Part shown: piece by piece, positions 11,253-20,605 of the stretch
How positions within the stretch are numbered: the first letter of the stretch is position 1
Layout of the letters: each line of letters begins with the position of its first letter
NCBI GenBank assembly: GCA_041481715.1
Contig: JBGPCK010000003.1
Coordinates: 1-62,472 of the forward strand
DNA length: 62,472 nucleotides
From: Thermoanaerobaculia bacterium
GTDB taxonomy: Bacteria > Acidobacteriota > Thermoanaerobaculia > UBA5066 > Gp7-AA6
Direction of reading: 5' to 3'
Position numbers and translations under genes: made by a program
Notes under the pieces: generated by a model
The model's database searches: none
Seen by the model: only the letters and a program-made list of their open reading frames with translations
What the model was told of the DNA's origin: nothing

Positions 11253-11304
11253 ATTTGAGAGCTGTCCTTTCCTTTGCGAGGGGGCGAATTCTAGCAGAAC
11301 TCGC

Positions 11305-12645
11305 CTATTTGGGGGCCGGCAAGGGAAGCTTGGCGAAATCCATTCCGCGCGCGCCCTTGCGGGCCATTCGCATCAATTTGCGCATCTGTTGATACTGCTT
11401 CAAGAGGCGGTTGATCTCCGCCACCGACGTGCCGGACCCCGCCGCGATCCGTTTCTTGCGGGAGCCATTCAAGACTTGAGGGTACCGGCGTTCCTCCAGG
11501 GTCATCGAGTCTATGATCGCCGAAACCCGGGTCAGCGCCTTCTCATCGACGGTGTCCGGGCCGGAGAGGCCCCGGAACGCCCCGCCCTTGGGCAGCAGGT
11601 CGACCAGCGCGGAGAGGGGGCCCATCTTCTTCATCGAGGACAGCTGGTCGCGAAGGTCTTCCAGCGTGAACTCCCCGGAAACCGTGCGTTCCGCGATCCG
11701 GCGCGCGGAATCCTCGTCCACCCGCGCCTCGACCTTTTCGATCAAGGTCAGGACGTCTCCAAGCCCGAGGATGCGGGATGCCATGCGGTCGGGGTGAAAC
11801 TGTTCGAAGTCCTCGGGCTTCTCGCCCACGCCGACGAACTTGATCGGCCTGTCCAGCGTCGAGACGACCGTCAACGCTGCGCCCCCGCGCGCGTCGCCGT
11901 CGGTCTTCGTCAGAATGATGCCCGTCAGCGGAAGCACTGCCGCGAAGCCCGAGGCCGACCGCACCGCGTCCTGACCGGTCATCGCGTCCGCGACGAAGAG
12001 GATCTCGTTCGGCTCGATCTGGTCGATGACCGACCGCACTTCCCGCATGAGGTCCTCGTCCAGGTGAAGGCGGCCCGCGGTGTCTACGATGACCGTGTCG
12101 CGCCCGGTCAGCCGCGCCTCGGCGAGCCCCTCCTTCGCAACCTCGACCGGATCGGTGCGGCCGCCCGGGTCGAAGACCGGAATACCGATCTGCCGTCCGA
12201 GCGTCTGAAGCTGCGAGACCGCGGCCGGCCGCGCGAGGTCCGCGGCAACGAGTAACGGATACCGTCCTCGCGACTTTAGGTGGAGTGCGAGCTTGGCCGC
12301 GGAAGTCGTCTTCCCCGACCCCTGCAACCCCACGAGCGCGAGCACGGCGGGCCGCCCCGACAGATCCAGGTCGACCCCGCTTCCCCCGAGCAGGGCCACC
12401 AGCTCGTCGCGCACGATCCGGGTGACTTCCAACGCCGGTGAGAGCTGCTGGAGGACTTTCGCCCCGACCGCCTTCTCCTTGACCCGCAGGGTGAACTGGC
12501 GGACCACGGGGAGCGCAACGTCCGCTTCGAGCAGCGACAGTCGGATCTGCCGCAGGGCCGTGTCGAGGTGGTACTCCGTCAGGTGGCCTTCTCCCCGCAG
12601 CTCCTTGAAGACCCCCTGGAGTCGGTCCCCCAGCCCCTCGAACAT
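11305..12645 (-). CDS. ffh: Signal recognition particle protein Ffh
   Basis: ORF trimmed to the ATG at 12645 (MFEGLGDRLQGVFKELRG). It has GLQGSGKTT, DTAGR and a Met-rich M-domain C-terminus. Confidence 0.95.
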   Translation of the reverse strand: MFEGLGDRLQGVFKELRGEGHLTEYHLDTALRQIRLSLLEADVALPVVRQFTLRVKEKAVGAKVLQQLSPALEVTRIVRDELVALLGGSGVDLDLSGRPAVLALVGLQGSGKTTSAAKLALHLKSRGRYPLLVAADLARPAAVSQLQTLGRQIGIPVFDPGGRTDPVEVAKEGLAEARLTGRDTVIVDTAGRLHLDEDLMREVRSVIDQIEPNEILFVADAMTGQDAVRSASGFAAVLPLTGIILTKTDGDARGGAALTVVSTLDRPIKFVGVGEKPEDFEQFHPDRMASRILGLGDVLTLIEKVEARVDEDSARRIAERTVSGEFTLEDLRDQLSSMKKMGPLSALVDLLPKGGAFRGLSGPDTVDEKALTRVSAIIDSMTLEERRYPQVLNGSRKKRIAAGSGTSVAEINRLLKQYQQMRKLMRMARKGARGMDFAKLPLPAPK

Positions 12646-12832
12646 TCTCAAACCTCCCGCCAGCGGCAGCCCGCGGGCCAAAAGCCTAAGGATAATCGCC
12701 CGATTCCGCCGAGTCGAGGCGGTCCTTGCCTGTTGACAGGGGGGCCTGATGGGATATCATTCCCGCTCGATTTTTCCCCGTGGGGTTTTTTTTGCGCTAG
12801 AAAGCGGTCGACGAAAGAAGGAGATGAGGTTT

Positions 12833-13063
12833 ATGAAGAAGTTTCTGACCCTGGGCCTCGTGGCCGTGCTCGGCATGGCACTCGTGACGGGCTGCAAGAA
12901 GAAGGAAGAGGCCGCCCCGGCGGAGTCGACTACTACCGAGGCCCCGGCTGTCGTTGAGGAAACGGGTACAACGGCGACGAGCACCGCGACGACGGCCACC
13001 ACAACGACCGAGACGACGACCACCACCACGGCCACGACTTCGACCGTAACCCCGAAGATGTAG
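12833..13063 (+). CDS. Small Thr-rich lipoprotein
   Basis: The ATG at 12833 lies downstream of AAGGAG. It has a signal peptide and lipobox (MKKFLTLGLVAVLGMALVTGC), followed by a T/A/E low-complexity tail and then a strong terminator. Confidence 0.6.
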   Translation: MKKFLTLGLVAVLGMALVTGCKKKEEAAPAESTTTEAPAVVEETGTTATSTATTATTTTETTTTTTATTSTVTPKM

Positions 13064-13087
13064 ACCTGCTCGCGAGCGGAATTCGAA

Positions 13088-13120
13088 GGGCCCCCCGGTT
13101 CGGGGGCCTTTCTTTTTCTT
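13088..13120 (+). terminator. Rho-independent terminator
   Basis: GGGCCCCCC-GGTT-CGGGGGCC stem-loop followed by TTTCTTTTTCTT. Confidence 0.75.
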
Positions 13121-13203
13121 GTCGACAGCCGGTCGTCGAGTGTCGGGGGTCACGGCGAGCCACTCCGTCAACTGCGGACTGGCGACGGTAGACTCAATCC
13201 ATC

Positions 13204-14307
13204 GTGCTTCCTCCCTGGGCGGAGATTCTCCTGGCGGCCGCGGCGGTCGCCCTTGCCGCCGCACTGTTGCGCGCCCAGGCTCGGCTCGCGCGGCTCTACG
13301 AACGGGTCGCCGCGCGCGAACGAGAGACGCACCTGCTCGCGGAATCACCGGACCCGGACACGATCCTGCATCGGGCTTACGAGGCCGCCGCGCAGCTGCT
13401 GCCGATCTCCCGGTTCGACCTCTACACGATCGACGACACGGGACGGGTCGAGGAGGCGTGGACGCTCGCCGGCGAGGAGGGGCACCGGTTTCCCCGGCGC
13501 GACCCGGCGAGTCCCCACCTCGGCCAGCCGGTCGATTCACCCCGGTTGAAAGACCTCACCGCGACGGAGACGGGGCTGTCCTTTGCGCCCCGCGACCTTC
13601 TCGCGGGAGGTCCCACCACACGACGGCTGCGCTTGCCCCTCTATTCCGGCGACCGTCTCGTGGCTCACCTCGACCTCGCGAGTCCCTCGGCCGTCGGCGA
13701 CCGGGTGAAGGGGGAGGTCCGCGCGCTGCTCGCTCCGCTGACGTCCGCGCTCCACGCCTCGCGCAACTGGAAGATTGCCGTGACCGACGAGCTCTCCGGG
13801 CTCGCCTCGCGCCGCTACTTCGAGAGTCGCCTCGCGGAAGAATGGGCACGTCGCGAGCGCTATGCGACGCCGCTGGCAGCCGCCATCCTCGATTTGGATC
13901 GCTTCAAGAGCGTCAACGACACTCTCGGGCACGCCGCCGGCGACCGCGTCCTGCGCCGTTTCGGCGAGATCGTTCGACGCGAGATCCGATCGAGCGACGT
14001 CGCGTGCCGATACGGCGGCGAGGAGTTCGCCATCCTCTTCGCCGAGTCCACGGCAGCCGCCGCGAGCGCCGTCACCGAGCGCATCCGCCGAGCGCTCAAG
14101 AGGCAGGAGTTCGAGTGGGAGGGAAAGTCGTTTCGCGTCACGGTGTCCGCCGGCGTCGCAGGCTCCGAGGAAATGCGGGAACGCTCGGAGCTCCTCCTTC
14201 GCGCCGACAAGGCGCTGTATACCGCGAAGGAACGCGGCCGCAACCGGGTGGTGGTCTGGCCGGGAGCGCGCGCGCGGCGATCTTCATCGGACGGGGCAAA
14301 ACGGTGA
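13204..14307 (+). CDS. Diguanylate cyclase (TM + GAF-like + GGDEF)
   Basis: 367-aa ORF with a GTG start. It has an N-terminal hydrophobic helix, the GGEEF active site and an RSSD I-site 5 aa upstream, plus ADKALYTAKERGRNRV. Confidence 0.9.
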   Translation: MLPPWAEILLAAAAVALAAALLRAQARLARLYERVAARERETHLLAESPDPDTILHRAYEAAAQLLPISRFDLYTIDDTGRVEEAWTLAGEEGHRFPRRDPASPHLGQPVDSPRLKDLTATETGLSFAPRDLLAGGPTTRRLRLPLYSGDRLVAHLDLASPSAVGDRVKGEVRALLAPLTSALHASRNWKIAVTDELSGLASRRYFESRLAEEWARRERYATPLAAAILDLDRFKSVNDTLGHAAGDRVLRRFGEIVRREIRSSDVACRYGGEEFAILFAESTAAAASAVTERIRRALKRQEFEWEGKSFRVTVSAGVAGSEEMRERSELLLRADKALYTAKERGRNRVVVWPGARARRSSSDGAKR

Positions 14308-14372
14308 CGGGGAGCCGTGGAGAAGAGCGATCCCCCGCCGCCGTCGCCCCCGGTTGGCTATAGTCCCCGTCG

Positions 14373-14591
14373 ATGGATGAAGCGACGAACCGGCTGCTCG
14401 AAGAGATGATCGCGCAGCAACGGGTCCGCCTGCTCGACATCGCACGGCGCATCGAGCCGGCCATCACGTCCGAGGATCTGCTTCAGCCGCACGACCACCC
14501 GAAAATCTGGGGCAATCCGGACTTCAACTTCGAGGACGGGATCCTGGCCGGCTACCTCGCGGTCCGCGCCGCCCTGCGGGCGAGCCGGTAG
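14373..14591 (+). CDS. Hypothetical small protein
   Basis: 72-aa ORF with high third-position GC, like neighbouring genes. I recognise no motif. Confidence 0.4.
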   Translation: MDEATNRLLEEMIAQQRVRLLDIARRIEPAITSEDLLQPHDHPKIWGNPDFNFEDGILAGYLAVRAALRASR

Positions 14592-14755
14592 AGGAGGCCC
14601 GCCAGGCCGCGCCGCGGCGTAGAGACGCGGTCAAGGCTCCCGACCGTCTCGGCGTGAAGTCGGATCCAGTCCCGGTCCCCCGGCCGCACGCCGAGCTCCG
14701 CGAGAAGGCTCCCGCTCTCCCGAGCGAGCCGCGACAGAACCTCCCGATCGATCAT
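14552..14755 (-). CDS. Hypothetical small protein translationally coupled to the glycosyltransferase
   Basis: The ATG at 14755 overlaps the GT stop (ATGA). It encodes 67 aa (MIDREVLSRLARESG...) with high GC3. It overlaps the 3' end of 14373..14591 convergently. Confidence 0.3.
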   Translation of the reverse strand: MIDREVLSRLARESGSLLAELGVRPGDRDWIRLHAETVGSLDRVSTPRRGLAGLLYRLARRAARTAR

Positions 14756-15816
14756 GGAAGCGAAATCCGCGCCGCCGAGAGCAGCGCATGGACTGCCCGG
14801 TCCCAGGAGAGTGACGCAACCTGGCGCCGCCCCCTCTCCCCCATCCGCGCGAGACTCGCCGGGCTGCCCCAGGCGATCTCGAGCGCGGCGCCGATCGCCT
14901 CGGGCCGCGAAGGCACCACGAAGCCCGTCTCGCCGTCCAGAACGAACTCGAGCGGCCCCCCGGCATCCTCGGTGGTCAGCACGGGCTTGCCCGACAGAAA
15001 CGCCTCGAGAACGACGTAGCCCAGGTCTTCGCCCGAGGGCGCCACCGCAACCAGCCGCGCTCCGGCGAAGAGCGCGATCAGCTCCTCCTCGCTCGCCTCG
15101 GGCACCCATACGATGCGCCCATCGACGCGAAGCTCCGCCGCGAGCCGCTTCAGACGGTCCTCGTCCGGACCGCGCCCGACCAGCGTCAGACGCACGCTCG
15201 GTGCCGACGGGAGGGATCGCACGAGCAGGTCCGCCCGTTTCCAGGGATCGAACCGCCCGACCGACAGCACGTAGTCGCCGAAGGGGCCCGTGCGGTACCG
15301 ACCCGCGAGCGGCGGCGGGTGGTAGAGCGGCTCGCTCTCGATCCCGTTGTACCGGCGCAGTCGATCGGCCACCGTCTGCGAGTTGGCGAAGATGCGCCGC
15401 GCCTCGGAAAGCCCGACGCGGTCGATCTCCTCGATTGCCTCGCGCGTCCGGCGGTCCTCCGGCGAGGAGCCGGTCAGGTCGCTGTAGGGCGACCCGAACT
15501 GGTCGTATGCCTGGCGGTACTGATGAATCAACCACACGACTTTGTTCGGGTGGCGGGCGGCGTAGCTCGGAAAACGAGTCGCGATGACGGCGTCGACCGG
15601 GCGCGCCCCGACCTCCGTCAGGTCGAGCATGCGCCAGGCAAGGGCGCTGCGGACCAGGTCGAAGCGCTCCCGCTCGATGAGCGGCAGGGTCACGAGGTCT
15701 GCCTCGACGCCCCGCCGCGAGAGCTCCTCCGTCAGACGACGGACGTGCATCTCGGCTCCTCCAGCCGAAAACGGACTCTGGACGGCGAGGACGAGGACTC
15801 GCGGAGGACGGGACAT
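14752..15816 (-). CDS. Glycosyltransferase family 4 (GT-B, GT1-domain)
   Basis: ORF trimmed to the ATG at 15816 (MSRPPRVLVLAVQSPFSAGGAEMHV). It has a C-terminal EDLGYVVLEAF..GKPVL motif typical of GT4. Confidence 0.85.
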   Translation of the reverse strand: MSRPPRVLVLAVQSPFSAGGAEMHVRRLTEELSRRGVEADLVTLPLIERERFDLVRSALAWRMLDLTEVGARPVDAVIATRFPSYAARHPNKVVWLIHQYRQAYDQFGSPYSDLTGSSPEDRRTREAIEEIDRVGLSEARRIFANSQTVADRLRRYNGIESEPLYHPPPLAGRYRTGPFGDYVLSVGRFDPWKRADLLVRSLPSAPSVRLTLVGRGPDEDRLKRLAAELRVDGRIVWVPEASEEELIALFAGARLVAVAPSGEDLGYVVLEAFLSGKPVLTTEDAGGPLEFVLDGETGFVVPSRPEAIGAALEIAWGSPASLARMGERGRRQVASLSWDRAVHALLSAARISLP

Positions 15817-15910
15817 CGTCAGGCGTCCGGCGTCCGGCGTCCGACCGAGCACGCGGGAGCGATTCCTGCTCGGCCCCGCCGGTCGAGCTTCACGCCGGAC
15901 ATCCCGCGTT

Positions 15911-17005
15911 TCACCCGCGCGGAACCCGCGCGATCAATGCGTAGTCCTGGGGCCCGAAGAGGAGGCGGTTCAACTTGGCGTCATTTTCCGTTGATTCGGC
16001 GAGCCGCTCGCCGGGGGGAAGGGGCGCGCGATATTCGACGCGGGTGTCTGGGAACCCCGCGGCCTGCGCGAGAAAGGACAGCGCCGCGGGAGGCACGGGC
16101 CGAACGTGCGTCGGGTCGAGAAAAAAGGCTCGCAAGGCCGAGAGCGAGTCGGTGTTGACGGTCTCGACGATCAAGACGCCGTCGGGCCGGAGAGTCCGGC
16201 GCGCCTCGGCCAGGAACGCGAAAACCCTTGCTGCCGACCAGTGCTCGACGACCTGGAAGGCGACCACGGCGCCGAGGCTCCCCGCTGGCCTCTGCGCGAG
16301 CAGGGACGGTGCGTCCCCTTCCTCGACCTCGAGCCCCTCTTGCCGGCAAAGCCGCACGGAGACGGGGCTCGACTCGATTCCGAAGGCCGCTATCCCCTCT
16401 TCTCGGAGGAGACGCAAGAACTCACCGCGACCACAACCCACGTCGAGGACCGGCCCCGGGGCTCCCCTCACGAAAGGGAGGTAGAACCTTTGGTTCTCCG
16501 AGATGGCCTCGGGCGCGCCCCGGTAACGCTCTTCGAAGAGACTGTAGACCGCTGCGGGAAGTGCCTCCGCCGGCGCCCCGAGCGTTTCGGCGCCGCCTTG
16601 CTCGTGGCGTGCCGGCGCCTCGAGCAGCGCGAAGCGGGCGTCCTGAATCGCGGCTCTGCGTCGCGAAAGGGCGAGCTCGCGTTCGGTCGCATCACAGAAG
16701 CTCGCAAAGCTCGCGAACTTCCCCTCCCATTCCTGTCGCAGGCGGCGAAAGGCCTCGAGGGCCAGAGCGTTGAAAGCGGCCTGGTCCCTCCAGAGGAACC
16801 GAAAGCCGCGCCGCAGAGCCTTCTTGACGCTCGAGAGGCGCGCTCCCTCGGGCACGGACGGCGTGAGGTAGCCCTCTGCGAGGCGGACGGGATCGGGCGC
16901 CGCGGCTCTCCGGTCCGCCTCGGGCGCAGCCGCCGGCGCGGCCTCCGCAATGGCCGCCCGGATCTGCTCGGCCAGCTCCTGCTCGAGCGTCTCTTCTGGC
17001 TCCAC
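15911..17005 (-). CDS. Class I SAM-dependent methyltransferase
   Basis: 364-aa ORF with a GTG start. It has the VLDVGCGRGEF SAM-binding motif and a long coiled N-terminal region. Confidence 0.85.
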   Translation of the reverse strand: MEPEETLEQELAEQIRAAIAEAAPAAAPEADRRAAAPDPVRLAEGYLTPSVPEGARLSSVKKALRRGFRFLWRDQAAFNALALEAFRRLRQEWEGKFASFASFCDATERELALSRRRAAIQDARFALLEAPARHEQGGAETLGAPAEALPAAVYSLFEERYRGAPEAISENQRFYLPFVRGAPGPVLDVGCGRGEFLRLLREEGIAAFGIESSPVSVRLCRQEGLEVEEGDAPSLLAQRPAGSLGAVVAFQVVEHWSAARVFAFLAEARRTLRPDGVLIVETVNTDSLSALRAFFLDPTHVRPVPPAALSFLAQAAGFPDTRVEYRAPLPPGERLAESTENDAKLNRLLFGPQDYALIARVPRG

Positions 17006-17064
17006 GACCTACTCCGGGGCGAAGCCCCTTCGGTTGCCGCGAAAATGCGGCCCGCCCCAACGCG

Positions 17065-18141
17065 TCACTTGGCGGCGGCCCCGCTCTCCCGGTCTTCTTC
17101 CGCAAACCGGATCATTTCGAGCGCGAGGGCCAGGAGGACGGGGCCCAGAAACATTCCGATCATCCCGAAGGCCGCCAGCCCTCCCAGCACGCCGATGAAG
17201 ACCGGCAGCGTCGAGATCTGTGCCCGCCCCGAGATCAGCATCGGCTTCAGGATGTTGTCCGCGGAACCAACGACGACCCCGCCCCAGATCGCGAGAAAGA
17301 TCGCCCAACCCCAACGGCCCTGCGCGCCGAGCAGAAGGGCCCCGGGGATCCAAACGAGCGCGGTGCCGCCGACCGGCAGTAGCGCACAGACGGCGGCAAG
17401 CACGCCGAAGACGACGGGCGACGGCAGCCCCGCGACTCCGAATCCGAGGCCGATGAAGGCTCCCTGCGCGAGGGCCGTGACCAGCGAACCGAGGACGACG
17501 GCCCTCGTGACGGAGGAGAGGTGCTCGACGAGCCGCTTCTTGCGCGCTTCGTCGATCGGAATCAGCCGCATGATCCGCCGGGCAAACTCGTCCCCATCCC
17601 GACAAAAGAAGTAAACCAGAAAGAGCGCTAGGGCGAGCGACACCATCGCGCCGAGCGCCCCCACGAAGACGCTCCGACCGCTCGCCAGAAGGAACTCGAC
17701 CGCGCGGGTCAGCCCGTCGACGAGCCACTTCTGCACCTGATCCGTGGTCACCGGAATCCGGTCCTGAATCGCGTGCAGAATCCGGTCCACGACCGGAACT
17801 TGAAGGATGTCGCTCGGGCGGGCGATCTTGTACTGATCGGCCATCGCCGAAAGCTTCGTGAGCAGATCGGAACCCTGACCCACGAACGCGACCGCAAGGG
17901 ACACGGCGGGGCCGACGATTCCCAGGATCACGATCGTCGTAAGAACGAGGGCCGCGGCGCCCTTGCGCCCCTTCAGCCTCTTCCGAAGCCACCGGTTCGC
18001 CGGAAAGAGCAGAAACGCGGCCAGCAGCGCCCAAAGAATCGGAGAGAGAAACGGAGCGAGAATCCGGAAGAGCGCCCAGAGGAGAACGCCCGCGAACACC
18101 ATACCGAAGACTCGCGAATGGAACACCTTGTCTCTTTCCAT
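17065..18141 (-). CDS. AI-2E family transporter (PerM/UPF0118)
   Basis: ORF trimmed to the ATG at 18141 (MERDKVFHSRVFGMVFAGVLLW). It is polytopic and has the family's typical C-terminal G-rich helices. Confidence 0.85.
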   Translation of the reverse strand: MERDKVFHSRVFGMVFAGVLLWALFRILAPFLSPILWALLAAFLLFPANRWLRKRLKGRKGAAALVLTTIVILGIVGPAVSLAVAFVGQGSDLLTKLSAMADQYKIARPSDILQVPVVDRILHAIQDRIPVTTDQVQKWLVDGLTRAVEFLLASGRSVFVGALGAMVSLALALFLVYFFCRDGDEFARRIMRLIPIDEARKKRLVEHLSSVTRAVVLGSLVTALAQGAFIGLGFGVAGLPSPVVFGVLAAVCALLPVGGTALVWIPGALLLGAQGRWGWAIFLAIWGGVVVGSADNILKPMLISGRAQISTLPVFIGVLGGLAAFGMIGMFLGPVLLALALEMIRFAEEDRESGAAAK

Positions 18142-19219
18142 GGCTCTTGTCGCCGATGCTAGCATCGACCGGGTGACGCCCGATCGCCCCGCTCCTCGCA
18201 GTGACCGCGCGTTTGCGGCCGGCGTCTTCCGAGAAGAGGCCCGGCGCGAAGGCTTCGCCCGCACCGGCATCGCGCGGGCCGGCGAGCCCCCGGCCTTCGG
18301 ACGCTTTCGGAGCTGGCTCGAGGCCGGCCTGCACGCGGGGATGAAGTATCTCGAGGAGACCTGGCAAGCGCGCGCGGACACCTCGCGGATCCTGCCCGGG
18401 GCCCGGTCCGTCGTCTGCCTCTCGGCCGACTATTCCTCGGCTCCGTTCCGGGCCCCGGACGGCGCCGAGGTGGCCCGCTACGCGCGGGGAGCGGACTACC
18501 ACGGCACGTTGCGCGACCGGGCCGAGCGTGTCGCCCGGCGGGCCGCGGAGCGGATCGCCGGCCGATTCGCCTACCGCGTCTGCGTCGACACGACGCCGCT
18601 CGCCGAACGCTCCTTCGCCGCCGCCGCCGGGCTCGGCTGGATCGGCAAGAACGGATGCGTCATCGATCCGGAGCGCGGGTCGTACCTGCTGCTCGCCGAG
18701 ATCGTGACCGACCTCGACCTTCCTGCCGACGACCCGATCGCCGAGCAATGCGGAGCCTGCGCGCGCTGTCTTGAGGCGTGTCCCACAAACGCGTTCGTCG
18801 CGCCGGCGGTCGTCGACTCCGCCCGATGCCTCGCGTACTGGACCATCGAGCATCGCGGCCCGCTGCCGGATCACGTCAAGGAAGCTCTGGGCGACCGTGT
18901 CTTCGGCTGCGACCTTTGCCAGGAGGTCTGTCCCTGGAATTTCTCGGCCGCAGCCTCGCTCGACGAGGGCGGCCCGCCTCCCACCCGGGCAGAGTGGCTT
19001 GCGATGGGTCCCGGGGCGTGGCGCCGGCGCTACGGCCGCACGGCGCTCAACCGGGCAGGCCGCCGCGGGCTGCAGAGGAACGCCGCGGCCTCGAGCGGCT
19101 CGGCCGGAGATCGAGCGTTGCTGCCCGCGCTCGAGCGCGCGGCGTGCGTCCGGGAGGCGGGGCTCGCCGAGGCCGCCGGCTGGGCGTTCACGCGCCTCTC
19201 GGCGTCGGGTCGCGGATAG
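18140..19219 (+). CDS. queG: tRNA epoxyqueuosine(34) reductase
   Basis: It has CGACARCLEACPTNAF and DLCQEVCPWN 4Fe-4S motifs plus WLEAGLHAGMKYLE. The start is uncertain: either the ATG at 18140 or the GTG at 18172. Confidence 0.85.
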   Translation: MALVADASIDRVTPDRPAPRSDRAFAAGVFREEARREGFARTGIARAGEPPAFGRFRSWLEAGLHAGMKYLEETWQARADTSRILPGARSVVCLSADYSSAPFRAPDGAEVARYARGADYHGTLRDRAERVARRAAERIAGRFAYRVCVDTTPLAERSFAAAAGLGWIGKNGCVIDPERGSYLLLAEIVTDLDLPADDPIAEQCGACARCLEACPTNAFVAPAVVDSARCLAYWTIEHRGPLPDHVKEALGDRVFGCDLCQEVCPWNFSAAASLDEGGPPPTRAEWLAMGPGAWRRRYGRTALNRAGRRGLQRNAAASSGSAGDRALLPALERAACVREAGLAEAAGWAFTRLSASGRG

Positions 19220-19248
19220 ACTATCGCGCTCCGCGAAAGGACTTCTCC

Positions 19249-20511
19249 ATGGACCTCCAATCCTCGCTCTTCCTCGCGCTGCTCCTCTTGTCCCTGGCGC
19301 TCTCCGCGTTCTTCGCCGGAGCCGAGACGGCCCTCGTCTCGCTCGGGCGCATCGACTTGCAGCGGATGCGCGAGAGCGGCGACCCCAAGGGCCGGCTGAT
19401 CCGAGACCTCAAGGCGCAGACCCCGCGGTTGCTCGCCACGATCCTCATCGGGCAGAACCTGTTCGTCAGCTCCGCCTCGGCGCTGGCAACGGTGCTCCTC
19501 ACCAACTGGATCGGCGAGAAGTACGGCGTGCCCCTGGCGATCGCCTTCTCGACGGTGACGCTCTTCATCTTCGCCGAGATGACCCCTAAGGCGATCGGCG
19601 CGGCCTCGCCGGCCGCAATCTCACGGGCGGTCGCGGGTCCGCTGACCGCCATCATGAAGGTCCTTTCCCCGATCGCGACCCTCTGCGTGCGCTTGACGAC
19701 ACGCGCTCTTCGGCTCTTCGGCATTCCGGAGCGGGAACCGACCCTGACGGAGGAGGAGATGAAGAGCGTCATCAACCTCGGGGCGGCGGAGGGCGCGATC
19801 CACCCCGAGGAGCGCAAGCTCCTCCATCGGGTGCTCGAGTTCGGCGACAAGACGGTGCGCGACCTGATGGTTCCGCGCACGAAGGTGATCGCCCTGCCCG
19901 ACACCGCCGGCTTCGAAGATGTCCGCCTCCTGCTCGGCGAGCACAAGCTCTCCCGCCTCCCGATCTACCGGGGTACCCTCGATAACGTGGTCGGCATCCT
20001 GCACGCCAAGGACCTATTCGACCTCTCGGACGCGAATGAGCAGAATTTCCACCTCGCCGATCATCTGCACCCGCCCTTCCTCGTCCCCGAGTTCCAGCGC
20101 GCCGAAGACCTCTTCAAGGAGATGCGCCGGCGGCGCACCCACATGGCCGTCGTCGTGGACGAGCACGGCGGAACCGCCGGCATCGTCACCATCGAGGATG
20201 CCATCGAGGCGCTACTCGGGCCCATTCAGGACGAGTTCGACGAGGAGGAGAGCCCGGGATTCGTGCCGGCCGGCGACCGCGCGTATCTGCTGGAGGGCAC
20301 CTTCCGCCTCCAGAACCTGGAGGAGCAGTTCGGCTTGAAGCTCCCTCGTGACGAGGCGGAGACGATCGCGGGTCACCTGATGCTGCGGTTCGGCCGGATT
20401 CCGCGCAAGGGAGAGCGCTGGAAGGGCCGCTTCGCCGACTTCGTCATCGAGGACGCGACCCCGACCGCGATCCGCCGAGTGCGGATGATCCTGAAGGAAA
20501 AGAAGCCGTGA
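19249..20511 (+). CDS. CNNM/HlyC-CorC family transporter (DUF21-CBS pair-CorC_HlyC)
   Basis: ORF trimmed to the ATG at 19249 (MDLQSSLFLALLLL). It has AETALVS, EMTPK, CBS-pair sequence and a C-terminal CorC domain. Confidence 0.9.
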   Translation: MDLQSSLFLALLLLSLALSAFFAGAETALVSLGRIDLQRMRESGDPKGRLIRDLKAQTPRLLATILIGQNLFVSSASALATVLLTNWIGEKYGVPLAIAFSTVTLFIFAEMTPKAIGAASPAAISRAVAGPLTAIMKVLSPIATLCVRLTTRALRLFGIPEREPTLTEEEMKSVINLGAAEGAIHPEERKLLHRVLEFGDKTVRDLMVPRTKVIALPDTAGFEDVRLLLGEHKLSRLPIYRGTLDNVVGILHAKDLFDLSDANEQNFHLADHLHPPFLVPEFQRAEDLFKEMRRRRTHMAVVVDEHGGTAGIVTIEDAIEALLGPIQDEFDEEESPGFVPAGDRAYLLEGTFRLQNLEEQFGLKLPRDEAETIAGHLMLRFGRIPRKGERWKGRFADFVIEDATPTAIRRVRMILKEKKP

Positions 20512-20605
20512 CACATCGGCTCGTTGGTCCATTGCTGCCGACTGGCCACCTTGCCCCCCGTCCATCCGCACGCACCCAGGAACCGGTGCAAGCTGCCTCG
20601 AAGGA

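Noticed and set aside
12797-13540. 247-aa minus ORF and 414-aa plus ORF (13119..14363) around the GGDEF gene
   Set aside because: They are shadow frames. The GGDEF frame (13204..14307) carries unambiguous GGEEF/I-site motifs.
17009-18874. 621-aa minus-strand ORF
   Set aside because: It overlaps the AI-2E transporter and queG in alternate or antisense frames, has a low-complexity R/G/A/P composition and carries no motifs.
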